64,000 bases of DNA from contig CAWEYG010000002.1 in NCBI GenBank assembly GCA_963813155.1, positions 480,001 to 544,000 on the forward strand, given 5' to 3'. The DNA is from an uncultured Acidobacteriota bacterium (GTDB taxonomy: Bacteria > Acidobacteriota > Thermoanaerobaculia > UBA5066 > DATFVB01). Below the pieces are notes generated by a model that was not told the DNA's origin, ran no database searches, and saw nothing but the letters and a program-made list of their open reading frames with translations. How positions within the stretch are numbered: the first letter of the stretch is position 1; each line of letters opens with the position of its first letter. Both the position numbers and the translations under genes were made by a program. Below, in pieces: positions 41,150 to 50,936 of this stretch.

Positions 41150-41982
41150 GTCGCCATCTTCAGGAGAACGGCGCCGCAGAGAACGGGAACCGCGAAAAGC
41201 AGCGAGTCGACCCGGTCGTAGAAGCCGCCGTGTCCGGGCAGAAAAACGCCCGAATCCTTGACGCCCGCCGCGCGCTTGAACATCGACTCCACGAGGTCCC
41301 CCAGCTGGCCCGCCGACGAGGCGAGGCCGCCGACGATGGCCGCTTCGATCGGCCGGAACTCCCGGAGGAAGAGCGACGCGGCGATCGCCGCGACGAGCAG
41401 CGAGCCGGCGAAGCCCCCGATCGCGCCTTCGACGGTTTTTTTCGGCGACACCTCGGGAGCGAGCTTGTGCCGGCCGAGACTCTTTCCGACGTAGTAGGCG
41501 AAGGAGTCGCACGCCCAGATCGTCGCGAACAGGAAGAAGACGAGCCGCGCGCCGAACTTCGCCGTGGCGCCGGGAAGGTACGCGCGGTCGAGCCACATCA
41601 GGCCGCAAAAGGGCAAGACGACGAGGGCGATGCCGAGCAGCGCGGCGCCCGCTCCCGCGAGGGAGAGGGCAAGCGGAACGTCCGAAACGAGCTCCGCCGC
41701 GGCGAACAGCGCCGCGAGGAGGAAAATGCCGCCGGCCACGACGACTCCGGATGGCGAAGCCGCGGGAGCCGCGGCCGCGGCGAGAATTCCGGCCGCGAAC
41801 AGGAGCGCGAGCGTCTTGGGAACCGGCAGGCCCGCCCCCTCGGCGAGACGATAGAACTCCAGGAGGGTCGCGAGACCGAGCACTCCGGCCAGCGACCCGA
41901 ACGCCCACGGGGGCGCGAACCACAGCACCGCCGCCACGATCGGGATCGCGACACCGGCGGAAATCTCGCGCTGGAGCTTCAT
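41146..41982 (-). CDS. cdsA: Phosphatidate cytidylyltransferase
   Basis: SPKKTVEG, GDLVESMFKRAAGVKDSG..LPGHGGFYDRVDS. Confidence 0.95.
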   Translation of the reverse strand: MKLQREISAGVAIPIVAAVLWFAPPWAFGSLAGVLGLATLLEFYRLAEGAGLPVPKTLALLFAAGILAAAAAPAASPSGVVVAGGIFLLAALFAAAELVSDVPLALSLAGAGAALLGIALVVLPFCGLMWLDRAYLPGATAKFGARLVFFLFATIWACDSFAYYVGKSLGRHKLAPEVSPKKTVEGAIGGFAGSLLVAAIAASLFLREFRPIEAAIVGGLASSAGQLGDLVESMFKRAAGVKDSGVFLPGHGGFYDRVDSLLFAVPVLCGAVLLKMAT

Positions 41983-42776
41983 CCGCCGGCGGCCGCGCCG
42001 TGGCTCTCGAGCACGCCTCCGTATCGGCGCTCCCGCTTCTGGAACTCCAGGATCGCTTCGTAAAGGTCTTTCTTCCGAAAATCGGGCCAAAGGGTCGGCG
42101 TCACCCAGATCTCCGAATAGGCGATCTGCCACAGGAGGAAATTCGAGACCCGCATCTCGCCGGACGTGCGGATCAGGAGATCGGGGTCCGGAATTCCGGC
42201 GGTGCCGAGCCGCGAGCCGAGCATTTCCTCGTCGATCTGCTCGGGAGTGAGGCGGCCGGAAGCAACGTCCTGCGCGAGCGAGCGGCACGCGTCGACGATC
42301 TCGGTGCGGCCGCCGTAGTTCAGGGCGATGTTGAACGTCATTCCGCGACACGTCGACGTCGCGGCAAGCCCGCGCACGAGCTCCTTCTGAACCGACGGAT
42401 CGAGCTCGTTCATACGGCCCATGACGCGAAACCGGATGTCGTTGTCGATGAGGTTCTGCAGCTCCTTGCGCAGGTACTCCTTCAGCAGCGTCATGAGCGT
42501 CACGACTTCGAATCGGGGACGCTTCCAGTTTTCGACCGAGAACGCGTACAGGGTCAGCGCGTCGATTTCCAGCCGCGCGCACGTCTCCACGATCTCCCGA
42601 ACGGAGGCGATCCCGGCCCGGTGTCCCTCGACGCGGGGCTTCCCCTGGCGCTTGGCCCACCGGCCGTTGCCGTCCATGATGACCGCGACGTGGCGCGGAA
42701 GCCGCTTCGAGTCGATCGAAGCGAGCAGCTCTTCTTCGACGGATCCCGGAGAGGCCAGCAGCTGGCGATCTTTCAT
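41979..42776 (-). CDS. uppS: Undecaprenyl diphosphate synthase
   Basis: HVAVIMDGNGRWA, YAFSVENWKRP, DLLIRTSGEMRVSNFLLWQ. Confidence 0.96.
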   Translation of the reverse strand: MKDRQLLASPGSVEEELLASIDSKRLPRHVAVIMDGNGRWAKRQGKPRVEGHRAGIASVREIVETCARLEIDALTLYAFSVENWKRPRFEVVTLMTLLKEYLRKELQNLIDNDIRFRVMGRMNELDPSVQKELVRGLAATSTCRGMTFNIALNYGGRTEIVDACRSLAQDVASGRLTPEQIDEEMLGSRLGTAGIPDPDLLIRTSGEMRVSNFLLWQIAYSEIWVTPTLWPDFRKKDLYEAILEFQKRERRYGGVLESHGAAAGG

Positions 42777-43531
42777 TCGGCGCCTATGTTATCGAAAAAG
42801 GGATAGAAGACCCTTTCCAGGGTCAGCCCCCGGGGTTTCGCCTTCGGGGCGACGAGCGCCCGGGAGCGCCGGGCGAAGATCTCCTCCACGAACCCGGGGT
42901 CGAGCCGGCCCCGGCCCACATCGGCGAGGGTGCCGGCGATCGCCCGGGCCATTCCGCGCAGGAATCCGTCCGCTTCGATTTCGATCGTCAGCCGGGGCCC
43001 GTCTTCCCGCACGCGGCAGGCCGAGACCGTTCGAACCGTCGTTTCCGTCTCCGTGCCGGAGGTCGAGAACGGAAAGAAGTCGCGCGTCCCGACGACCGAC
43101 GCCGCCGCCCGGGCCATCCGCGACGCGTCGGCGCGGGGAGAAATCGGGGCCACGAAGAGCGCATCTCTCGGCGCGACGACGGCTTCCCTCGAAAAGCGGT
43201 AGACGTAGCGCTTTCCGGCGGCGCACGACCGGGCGTGAAATGCCGGCGGCGCTTCTTCCATCGAGAGGATTCGAACGTCCCAGGGCAGCTTGCGATTCGC
43301 CGCGCTTCGCACGGCCGGCGCGGGCATCGCGGCCGCGTCGAAGTGCACGACCTGTCCGTCCGCGTGGACGCCCGCGTCCGTGCGGCCCGACGCGTGAACG
43401 CGAAGGGGCTCTTCGAAAAATTCCGACAGGACCGATTCGATCGTCCCCTGAACCGTCCGCGGCGCGTTCTCCTGGATCTGCCATCCGTGAAAGAACGTTC
43501 CCACGTACGCGACCGTCGCGCGGTATCTCAC
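42773..43531 (-). CDS. truA: tRNA pseudouridine(38-40) synthase
   Basis: YVGTFFHGWQIQ, SGRTDAGVHA, FHAR, GFLRGMAR. Confidence 0.95.
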   Translation of the reverse strand: MRYRATVAYVGTFFHGWQIQENAPRTVQGTIESVLSEFFEEPLRVHASGRTDAGVHADGQVVHFDAAAMPAPAVRSAANRKLPWDVRILSMEEAPPAFHARSCAAGKRYVYRFSREAVVAPRDALFVAPISPRADASRMARAAASVVGTRDFFPFSTSGTETETTVRTVSACRVREDGPRLTIEIEADGFLRGMARAIAGTLADVGRGRLDPGFVEEIFARRSRALVAPKAKPRGLTLERVFYPFFDNIGAE

Positions 43532-44844
43532 GGGCGCGCGACCCCCGCGGGCCGCTCCGCCCGCCAGACCTCGCGAAGCAGGAGGGCCGAGAAGGGAACG
43601 TACTCCAGCAGCAGGATGACGGGAGAAGAGAGAAACGCCGTCCGGTACAGAAGCCCGTACGCGAGCGGCACGGCGGCCGAGAGATAGAGGAAGGGCGCCG
43701 AGCGCGAGAGGGCCGCGAAAGGCAGCGCCCAGAGCAAATACCAGGGATGGAGAACGGGGGAAACGAGGAGGAGCAGGCCGATGCTCGCGCCCGTCGCGCG
43801 GACGGGGTCCGGGATCCGGATCGCGATCGTCACGAGGCCGGCCGCGAGAACCAGCGCGAGCGCCGAGCGCGCGAAGAACTCGGCATAAAAGTAAGGCCAC
43901 ACGCGCTCCATCCACGGCCGCTGCGGCCGCCGGGACTTCCACTCCGCGTAGCGCGCTTTCGCTCTCTCCGGGAGGCGAAGCTCGGAAACGACCCGGCGCA
44001 CCGCGGGATAGAGCACGGAATTGCCTTCCCACCGCGTCGCGAAGTTCGCCAGCCCGGTTGCGGGCGAGGGCCCGGAGCCCTTCCCCGCGCGCCAGAGCAG
44101 TCCCCCGGCCAGAAGAAACCCGGCGAAAAATGCGAGCTTCCCCCGGCGGAGCCACGGCAGGAGCGCCGCCCCCGAAACGTATTTGACGAGCACCGACAGC
44201 GCCGCCGCGAGCCCGGAGAGCGCCCGCGAGCCCCGCCTCAGAAGGAGCAGCGAGGCGAGAAGAAGGGCGATCCCGACGGAATCCACGTGTCCCATTCCGG
44301 CGCTCTCGATGACCGGGAGCGGGAACGCGGCATACAGGGCGGAAGCGAATTCTCCGCCGGGAAAGCCGCCCAGGAGCCAGACCACGGAAAGGTCGGCGGC
44401 GGCAAAGACCGTCTTCAAGAAAAGCTCCGGCGACCCGGAGACGGCACCCACCTTGAACAAGAATTCGGCGGCTGGCGGATAGATCGTGAGAGCGTCGGGA
44501 TAAGACATTGCCCGCCACCGGGAATCCCGGAGAGACGAAAGCCCCGGGTCCGCCGGCGGGAGCTCGTAGGGAGAACGGCCCGCGGCCGCCACTCGTCCGT
44601 CCCAGACGTACCGAAGGAGGTCGTCCGAGAGGTCGGGAGAGCGAACGAGGAGAGTCGCGCGGAAGACGAGCCCGCACACGAGCGCGGCTTTCTTCGGCGC
44701 GCGGGAAGCGAAGAGAAGAGCCGCGGGAGCGGCGGTCAGAACGAGCGGAAGGTAGACGAGAAGGCGGGTGCGAAAATCGGGGGCGCCCGCGACGAAAGCG
44801 AAAATCGCCTCCAGTAGAATGGCCGGGAGAAGAAAATGCTTCAT
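43528..44844 (-). CDS. GT87-like membrane glycosyltransferase
   Basis: LSDDLLRYVWDG, TIYPPAAE, GMGHVD, SPVLHPWY; start uncertain. Confidence 0.75.
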   Translation of the reverse strand: MKHFLLPAILLEAIFAFVAGAPDFRTRLLVYLPLVLTAAPAALLFASRAPKKAALVCGLVFRATLLVRSPDLSDDLLRYVWDGRVAAAGRSPYELPPADPGLSSLRDSRWRAMSYPDALTIYPPAAEFLFKVGAVSGSPELFLKTVFAAADLSVVWLLGGFPGGEFASALYAAFPLPVIESAGMGHVDSVGIALLLASLLLLRRGSRALSGLAAALSVLVKYVSGAALLPWLRRGKLAFFAGFLLAGGLLWRAGKGSGPSPATGLANFATRWEGNSVLYPAVRRVVSELRLPERAKARYAEWKSRRPQRPWMERVWPYFYAEFFARSALALVLAAGLVTIAIRIPDPVRATGASIGLLLLVSPVLHPWYLLWALPFAALSRSAPFLYLSAAVPLAYGLLYRTAFLSSPVILLLEYVPFSALLLREVWRAERPAGVARP

Positions 44845-46332
44845 GTTTCCGACATCGCGATCTTAATCTGTTACTACAGCGTCCTCCTCGGCCTCGCGGT
44901 TTACGGATCGCACCGGATGTTGCTCGTTTTCCTTTACTACCGGACGCGTCACCGCATTCCGACGCCGGCCGGCAGGCTCTCGCCGCTGCCGAGAGTCACC
45001 GTTCAGCTTCCGATGTACAACGAACGGTACGTCGCCGAGCGTTTGATCGACGCGGCCGCGCGCATCGACTACCCGCGAGAGCTCCTGGAGATCCAGGTGC
45101 TCGATGACTCGACCGACGACACGAGGGAGCTCGCGCGGGCGGCCGTCGAGCGACACCGGCGGCTCGGGGTCGACATTCGCTATCTTCCCCGCGACGATCG
45201 AGCCGGGTTCAAGGCCGGAGCCCTCCAGGAGGGGCTGCGGACCGCGACGGGCGAGTTTCTCCTCGTGCTGGACGCCGATTTCGTTCCCGACGCGGGCATC
45301 GTCCGCGATTCGATCGACTACTTCTCCGATCCGCGCGTCGGCATGGTCCAGTCGAGGTGGGACCACCTGAACCGCGATTTCTCGCTCCTGACGAAGATCC
45401 AGTCGATCTACCTCGACGGCCACTTCATCCTCGAACACACCGCGCGCCACCGAAGCGGCCGATTTTTCAATTTCAACGGAACGGCGGGAATCTGGCGCCG
45501 GCGGACGATCGAAGAATCGGGAGGCTGGAACGCCGACACGCTCACCGAAGACCTCGATCTCTCGTACCGCGCGCAGCTTTCGGACTGGAAATTCGTCTAT
45601 CTGAAAGACCTCGTCTCGCCCGCCGAAGTCCCGGTCGACATCAACGGCTTCAAGGCGCAGCAGCACCGCTGGGCGAAGGGCTCGATTCAGACGGGCCGGA
45701 AGCTCCTTCGGACGATCTTCCAGAGTCGGTTTCCCGTGAAGGTCAAGATCGAATCGTTTTTCCACCTGACGAACAACGTCTCCTACCCGCTCGTCGTCGC
45801 GCTCTCGCTGCTCGTTTTTCCCGCGATGGTGATCCGCCACCGCCTGGGATGGACGCGGCTCATCCTGTTCGACGCGCCCCTCTTCCTGATCTCGACGGTC
45901 TCGGTGATCGCCTTCTACGCCGTCTCCCAGAAAGAGATCGGCCCCCGCTGGCGGCGGCAACTGCGCTACATGCCGATGGTCATGGGGCTGGGAATCGGCC
46001 TCGCCGTCAACAACGCCCACGCGGTGCTGGAAGCGTTGATCGGAGCGAAGAGCGAATTCCGCCGGACGCCGAAATATTCGGTCGTCGAAGCCTCGGAGAA
46101 GTGGAAAGACAAGTCGTACCGGCCGGCCGGCGACATCTTCTTTCCGATCGAGGTCGCGTTCGCCGTCTACTTCGCGCTCGCGATCGGTCTCGCCGTTCAG
46201 CAGCGGATCTATCTCGCGCTGCCCTTTCTGACGATGTTTTTCTCGGGTTACTTCTACATCGTCCTGCTGTCGCTGATTCAACGCTTCGACGGGCTCGGAG
46301 CCGTGAAGGACCCCGCCGTCACAACAGGTTGA
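44836..46332 (+). CDS. GT2 processive glycosyltransferase (CslA/cellulose synthase-like)
   Basis: VQLPMYNE, QVLDDSTD, GFKAGAL, DADF, TEDLD, QQHRW. Confidence 0.92.
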   Translation: MLHVSDIAILICYYSVLLGLAVYGSHRMLLVFLYYRTRHRIPTPAGRLSPLPRVTVQLPMYNERYVAERLIDAAARIDYPRELLEIQVLDDSTDDTRELARAAVERHRRLGVDIRYLPRDDRAGFKAGALQEGLRTATGEFLLVLDADFVPDAGIVRDSIDYFSDPRVGMVQSRWDHLNRDFSLLTKIQSIYLDGHFILEHTARHRSGRFFNFNGTAGIWRRRTIEESGGWNADTLTEDLDLSYRAQLSDWKFVYLKDLVSPAEVPVDINGFKAQQHRWAKGSIQTGRKLLRTIFQSRFPVKVKIESFFHLTNNVSYPLVVALSLLVFPAMVIRHRLGWTRLILFDAPLFLISTVSVIAFYAVSQKEIGPRWRRQLRYMPMVMGLGIGLAVNNAHAVLEALIGAKSEFRRTPKYSVVEASEKWKDKSYRPAGDIFFPIEVAFAVYFALAIGLAVQQRIYLALPFLTMFFSGYFYIVLLSLIQRFDGLGAVKDPAVTTG

Positions 46333-47353
46333 ACAGCAGCCGCAGAAAAAAGCCGACAAGCGCGGCCATCGGGATCGTGAGAACCCACGCCCAGACGATC
46401 CGCCCCGCCACTCCCCATTTGACTGCCGAGAGTCTTCGGGAGGATCCGACGCCGATGAGAGCGCCCGTGATCGTGTGCGTCGTCGAAACGGGAATTCCGA
46501 GCGCGGAAGCTCCGAAGAGCGTGATCGCACCGGCCGTCTCCGCGCAGAAGCCGCCGACCGGATGGAGCTTCGTGATGCGCTGCCCCATCGTCCTCACGAT
46601 CCGCCATCCGCCCGACAACGTCCCGAGCGCGATCGCCGCATGAGCCGTGAGGATGACCCACACCGGGATTTCCTGCGTCGAGCTCAGGTACATGAAGTGA
46701 AAACGAGAGGTCGTGGAGGCGAAGAGAACTCGACTCGAGACGAGCAGGCCGACGATGATTCCCATCGTCTTCTGCGCGTCGTTGGTCCCGTGCGCGAGGG
46801 AGTAGGCGCCGGCGGAAACGAGCTGGAGCCTCCGGGCCCAGGTCGTCACGGGGCCGGGCGGCGAATAGCGAAGCAGGCTCGTCGCAAACTTCATGAAGAG
46901 CCATCCGAGCGCGAAGCCGAGCAGGGGCGAGATGAAAATGAAGGCGACGACCTTGATCCAGCCGGACCACAGGATCGCGCCGAGGCCGGCCCTCGCGACG
47001 GCCGCGCCCGCGTACCCGCCGACGATGGCGTGGGAAGAGGACGACGGCAGGCCGAAACGCCACGTCACGACGTTCCACGCGATCGCTCCGAGGAGACCCG
47101 CGAGGATCACGAACGGGTCAACCACGCGGATGTCGATCAGGCCGCCGCCGACGGTCTTCGCGACGGCCGTTCCGAAAGTGAACGCGGCGACGAAATTGAA
47201 GAACGCCGCCCACGCGACCGCCTGCATCGGCGAGAGGACTCTCGTCGACACGACGGTCGCGATCGAGTTCGCGGCGTCGTGCCAGCCGTTGGAGAAATCG
47301 AACGCGAAGGCCGCCGCGATGATGAAGAAGATGAAGAGAACGCCGCCGGTCAT
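46319..47353 (-). CDS. PiT-family inorganic phosphate transporter
   Basis: NGWHDAANSIAT, GLPSSSSHA, HGTNDAQK, GIPVSTTH. Confidence 0.93.
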   Translation of the reverse strand: MTGGVLFIFFIIAAAFAFDFSNGWHDAANSIATVVSTRVLSPMQAVAWAAFFNFVAAFTFGTAVAKTVGGGLIDIRVVDPFVILAGLLGAIAWNVVTWRFGLPSSSSHAIVGGYAGAAVARAGLGAILWSGWIKVVAFIFISPLLGFALGWLFMKFATSLLRYSPPGPVTTWARRLQLVSAGAYSLAHGTNDAQKTMGIIVGLLVSSRVLFASTTSRFHFMYLSSTQEIPVWVILTAHAAIALGTLSGGWRIVRTMGQRITKLHPVGGFCAETAGAITLFGASALGIPVSTTHTITGALIGVGSSRRLSAVKWGVAGRIVWAWVLTIPMAALVGFFLRLLFNLL

Positions 47354-47374
47354 CGCGAACGTCCCGCGGGTCCG

Positions 47375-47989
47375 TCAGGCATTCTTGATGACGATCGTCT
47401 CGAGCACATTCGCGACGTCCTCGCACCGGTCGGTCGCCGCTTCGAGCGTTTCCACGAGCTCCTTCTGCTTGATCAGGAGAATCGGGTCCCGGACCTCGTC
47501 GAAGATCTTCTCGAGCGAGTCGTGGAGAGCCTTGTCCCCCTCGTTTTCGAGCGCGTGGATGCGGATGCACGACTCGAGGATGTGGTCCTTCTCCAAAACG
47601 TGGGGCACGGTGGTCTCGAGGATCTCCGTCTGGCTGATCAGGATCCGGGAGAGCTCCGCGGCCCCCGGGACGGGGGAGTTGATCTTGTAGAGCGTGAGCC
47701 TCGCGGCGGCCGCGTCGATGTTGTCCAGAATGTCGTCGAGCGAGGACGCGAGCGCGTGGATGTCCTCGCGGTCGAGCGGAGTCACGAAGATCCTCGACGA
47801 TTCGGAGAAAATCACATGGGCGAGCTCGTCGCCCTGATGTTCGAGAGACTTGATCTTCTGGACCCGGGCCGGAAGGTCTTCGAGCGTCGAAAACGCCTCG
47901 TACAGCAGCTTTGCGGCCTCCCGGCAGACGCGAGCCTGCGAGCCGAAGAGATCGAAGAAGAGGCGATCGCGGCGCCGGAGGCCGATCAT
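47375..47989 (-). CDS. DUF47/PhoU-like phosphate transport accessory protein
   Basis: LEHQGD, FVTPLDREDIH, LENEGD, TDRCEDVANVLETIVIKN; directly upstream of the PiT gene. Confidence 0.9.
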   Translation of the reverse strand: MIGLRRRDRLFFDLFGSQARVCREAAKLLYEAFSTLEDLPARVQKIKSLEHQGDELAHVIFSESSRIFVTPLDREDIHALASSLDDILDNIDAAAARLTLYKINSPVPGAAELSRILISQTEILETTVPHVLEKDHILESCIRIHALENEGDKALHDSLEKIFDEVRDPILLIKQKELVETLEAATDRCEDVANVLETIVIKNA

Positions 47990-48086
47990 GCGGGCGGAGC
48001 GTACGCGAAAGCGCGCCGAACTTCAAACCGATTTTCCGGGATGCTTCACAGGTTTTCCGGCCGTTTCTTCGGTACGATGCCGCGGA

Positions 48087-49373
48087 ATGGCCGCCCCTCC
48101 TTCGCACGCCGATCCCCGAAAGCGCAGGTCATTCACAAGGCGATTCCTGGCGGCCCTGGGACCCGGCCTCGTCACCGGCGCGGCGGACGACGATCCTTCC
48201 GGAGTCGCGACCTATTCGGTCGCCGGCGCGCAGCTCGGAACGAGTCTTCTCTGGACCGCCGTCCTGACCTGGCCGCTCATGGCCGCGGTTCAAATGATGT
48301 GCGCGCGAATCGGAATGGTCACCGGCGAGGGCCTCGCCAGCGCGCTGCGGCGGAAGTTCCCGAAGTCCCTGCTCGTCTTCGCCGCCTTCGCCCTTCTTCT
48401 CGCGAACACGATCAACATCGGAGCGGACCTCTCCGGGATGGCCGACGCGGCGCAGATGCTGAGCGGAATCAATTCCCACTTCGCGGTCATCCTGTTCGGC
48501 GTGGCCATCGCGATCGCGACGATTCGACTTCGGTACCATCAGATCGCCTCGACCCTCAAATGGCTGGCCCTCGTGCTGCTGGCCTACGTGGTCACGGCGT
48601 TTCTCGTTCACCCGAACTGGCTCGCGGTGCTCCACGACGCGCTCGTTCCATCGCTTCCCCGTGGCAAGAACGCCTGGGCGACGCTCGTCGCGATCCTGGG
48701 CACGACGATCAGCCCTTACCTGTTCTTCTGGCAGGCCTCTCAGGAAGTCGAGGAGGAAAAAGCGATGGGCCGCCGGATGCTCGTGAGCCGGATCGGCGCC
48801 TCTTCGCGGGAGATCGGCGACCGAAAGATGGACGTCGGCTTCGGGACGTTCGCCTCGAACACCGTCATGTTCTTCATCATCCTGACGACGGCGCTGACGC
48901 TCCATGCTCACGGCGTCACGAAAATCGAAACCTCCCGCCAGGCAGCCGATGCCCTTCGCCCCCTCGCCGGCAAGCTCGCCTCGACGATCTTCACGGTGGG
49001 AATCCTCGGCGTCGGAGCGCTCGCGATCCCGACGCTCGCCGGGTCCGCGGCCTACGCGTTCGCCGAGACGTTCCACTTTCGGCAGGGCCTGGATCAGAAG
49101 CTCAAGAGGGCACGGGCGTTCTACGGCGTGGTCCTGCTCTCCACGGCGGCCGGAATCGCGATGGACTTCGCCGACGTGAATCCCGTCAAGGCCCTTTTCT
49201 GGTCGGCGGTCGCCAACGGCCTGCTGGCCCCCTTTCTCCTGGTGGGCATTCTGATCGTCGCTTCGGACCGCAAGCTCATGCACGGGCAGCCGAGCTCGGT
49301 TCTCGGAAGGATCGCCGTCGGAGTCACGACGCTCCTCATGTTCGGCGCGGCGATCGGGATGTTCGTTTTCTAG
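48087..49373 (+). CDS. NRAMP-like divalent metal cation transporter
   Basis: LGPGLVTGAADDDPSG, GTTISPYLFFWQ. Confidence 0.88.
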   Translation: MAAPPSHADPRKRRSFTRRFLAALGPGLVTGAADDDPSGVATYSVAGAQLGTSLLWTAVLTWPLMAAVQMMCARIGMVTGEGLASALRRKFPKSLLVFAAFALLLANTINIGADLSGMADAAQMLSGINSHFAVILFGVAIAIATIRLRYHQIASTLKWLALVLLAYVVTAFLVHPNWLAVLHDALVPSLPRGKNAWATLVAILGTTISPYLFFWQASQEVEEEKAMGRRMLVSRIGASSREIGDRKMDVGFGTFASNTVMFFIILTTALTLHAHGVTKIETSRQAADALRPLAGKLASTIFTVGILGVGALAIPTLAGSAAYAFAETFHFRQGLDQKLKRARAFYGVVLLSTAAGIAMDFADVNPVKALFWSAVANGLLAPFLLVGILIVASDRKLMHGQPSSVLGRIAVGVTTLLMFGAAIGMFVF

Positions 49374-49384
49374 CGTTGGACGCG

Positions 49385-50218
49385 TCAGGGCGTCCGGAAG
49401 TTTCCGTGCAGTCTTTCGAGCTCGAGCCGGAACTCGCCTTCGATCCGGTCGAGCTTCTCGTGCAGCTCCGCGATCTCCACCTCAGCCTTCACGTTGACCT
49501 GGTAGTCCGCCTCGCTGCGGATCCGGTCCCTTGCGTCCTGCCGGTTCTGGCTCATCATGATGACCGGGGCCTGGAGCGCCGCGAGCATCGAGAGCAGAAG
49601 ATTCAGCAGAATGAACGGAAACGGATCGAACGTGCGCCGCGTGGCCACGTTGAAGATGATCCAGACCGACATGAAGGACAGGAAAAGAAGGATGAACCGC
49701 CAGCTCCCGCCGAACGAAGCGACCCGGTCCGCGATGCGCTCGCCGAGCGTGAGCTGGATCGCGATCAACTCGTTCGGATTTTGAACCCGATTTTTCAGGA
49801 GCGCGTCGGCCCGGCGGATTCGCTTCGCGAGCGCGGAGAGCACGTCGAGAGCCGCGTCGGGCTGGTGCCGGAGGAATTCGAGAAACTCGTCCCGCTCCAG
49901 AACGAGCACCTCGACATCGGTCAGAGCGTCCGCCGTCGCCGACCGGTTTCCTCCGTCGAAGAGCCCGAGCTCGCCGAACAACTCTCCCGGCTCCAGGACG
50001 TCGACGACGAGCTTTTCTCCCATCTCGTCGACGACGGAAAGCTCGACGCGGCCGCTGCGCAGCACGTAGCACATCCCGCCATGATCCCGTTCGTGAAAGA
50101 TCCGGCCTCCGGCGTCGAAATGCACTTCGTCGGTGAGAGCGGCGACGGCCGAGCGCTCCTCGTCGTCCATCGTCTGGAACAGGGGGATGTCGCGGAGCAT
50201 CTCCGAACTGGTCGGCAT
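49385..50218 (-). CDS. cNMP-binding domain + DUF1003 membrane protein
   Basis: GELFGELGLFDGGNRSATA; FGGSWRF, FDPFPFILLNLLLS, QAPVIMMSQNRQ. Confidence 0.88.
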   Translation of the reverse strand: MPTSSEMLRDIPLFQTMDDEERSAVAALTDEVHFDAGGRIFHERDHGGMCYVLRSGRVELSVVDEMGEKLVVDVLEPGELFGELGLFDGGNRSATADALTDVEVLVLERDEFLEFLRHQPDAALDVLSALAKRIRRADALLKNRVQNPNELIAIQLTLGERIADRVASFGGSWRFILLFLSFMSVWIIFNVATRRTFDPFPFILLNLLLSMLAALQAPVIMMSQNRQDARDRIRSEADYQVNVKAEVEIAELHEKLDRIEGEFRLELERLHGNFRTP

Positions 50219-50294
50219 GTCAGCCGATTCTAGCCGAGTCGACCCCGGCGGGAGGGTGGAATCGTTCAGCCTCCGCCGCAATAGAATCGCAGAA

Positions 50295-50936
50295 GTGGGC
50301 GCTCTGCAGGTCACCGAGATCTTCAAGTCCCTCCAGGGAGAATCGACCCGGGCCGGGTTTCCGTGCTCGTTCGTCCGGCTGACCGGGTGCTCACTCCGGT
50401 GCGTCTGGTGCGACACCGCCTACGCGTTCCACGGCGGCGCGCCCATGCAGGAAGACGACATCGTGCGGGAAGTCGAATCGCACGGCACCCGCCTCGTCGA
50501 ACTGACGGGAGGCGAGCCGCTCGAACAGGAGGGCGTCTACTCCCTCGCGGCCCGGTTCCTGGACGCGGGAAAAGAAGTGCTCGTCGAAACGGGGGGCCAC
50601 GTGCCGCTCGACCGCCTCGACCCCCGCACGATCGCGATCGTGGACGTCAAGGCGCCGGGGAGCGGTATGGCGTCGTTCAACCGCGAGGAGACGTTCGCCG
50701 GCCTCCGGCCGCACGACGAGCTCAAGTTCGTTCTCGCGGACCGGCTCGACTTCGACTGGGCGATCGCCTTTGTGTGCGAGAGAGACCTCGACGCCGAAAG
50801 GACCGTCACGTTCTCGCCGGTCTGGGATTCCCTCTCCCCGGCGGAACTCGCGGCCTGGATTCTCGAGAGCGGCCGGCGCGTGCGGCTCGGCCTTCAGCTC
50901 CACAAGCTCCTGTGGGGAGACGCTCCGGGAAGATGA
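50295..50936 (+). CDS. queE: 7-carboxy-7-deazaguanine synthase (radical SAM)
   Basis: EIFKSLQGE, RLTGCSLRCVWCDT, TGGEPL, LQLHK. Confidence 0.92.
   Translation: MGALQVTEIFKSLQGESTRAGFPCSFVRLTGCSLRCVWCDTAYAFHGGAPMQEDDIVREVESHGTRLVELTGGEPLEQEGVYSLAARFLDAGKEVLVETGGHVPLDRLDPRTIAIVDVKAPGSGMASFNREETFAGLRPHDELKFVLADRLDFDWAIAFVCERDLDAERTVTFSPVWDSLSPAELAAWILESGRRVRLGLQLHKLLWGDAPGR

Noticed and set aside
46475-50233. Very long alternative-frame ORFs (e.g. 1252 aa here, 982 aa antisense to clpB, 911 aa antisense to the Tes-like gene)
   Set aside because: These are shadow ORFs caused by high GC and codon bias; they overlap genes with clear family motifs.
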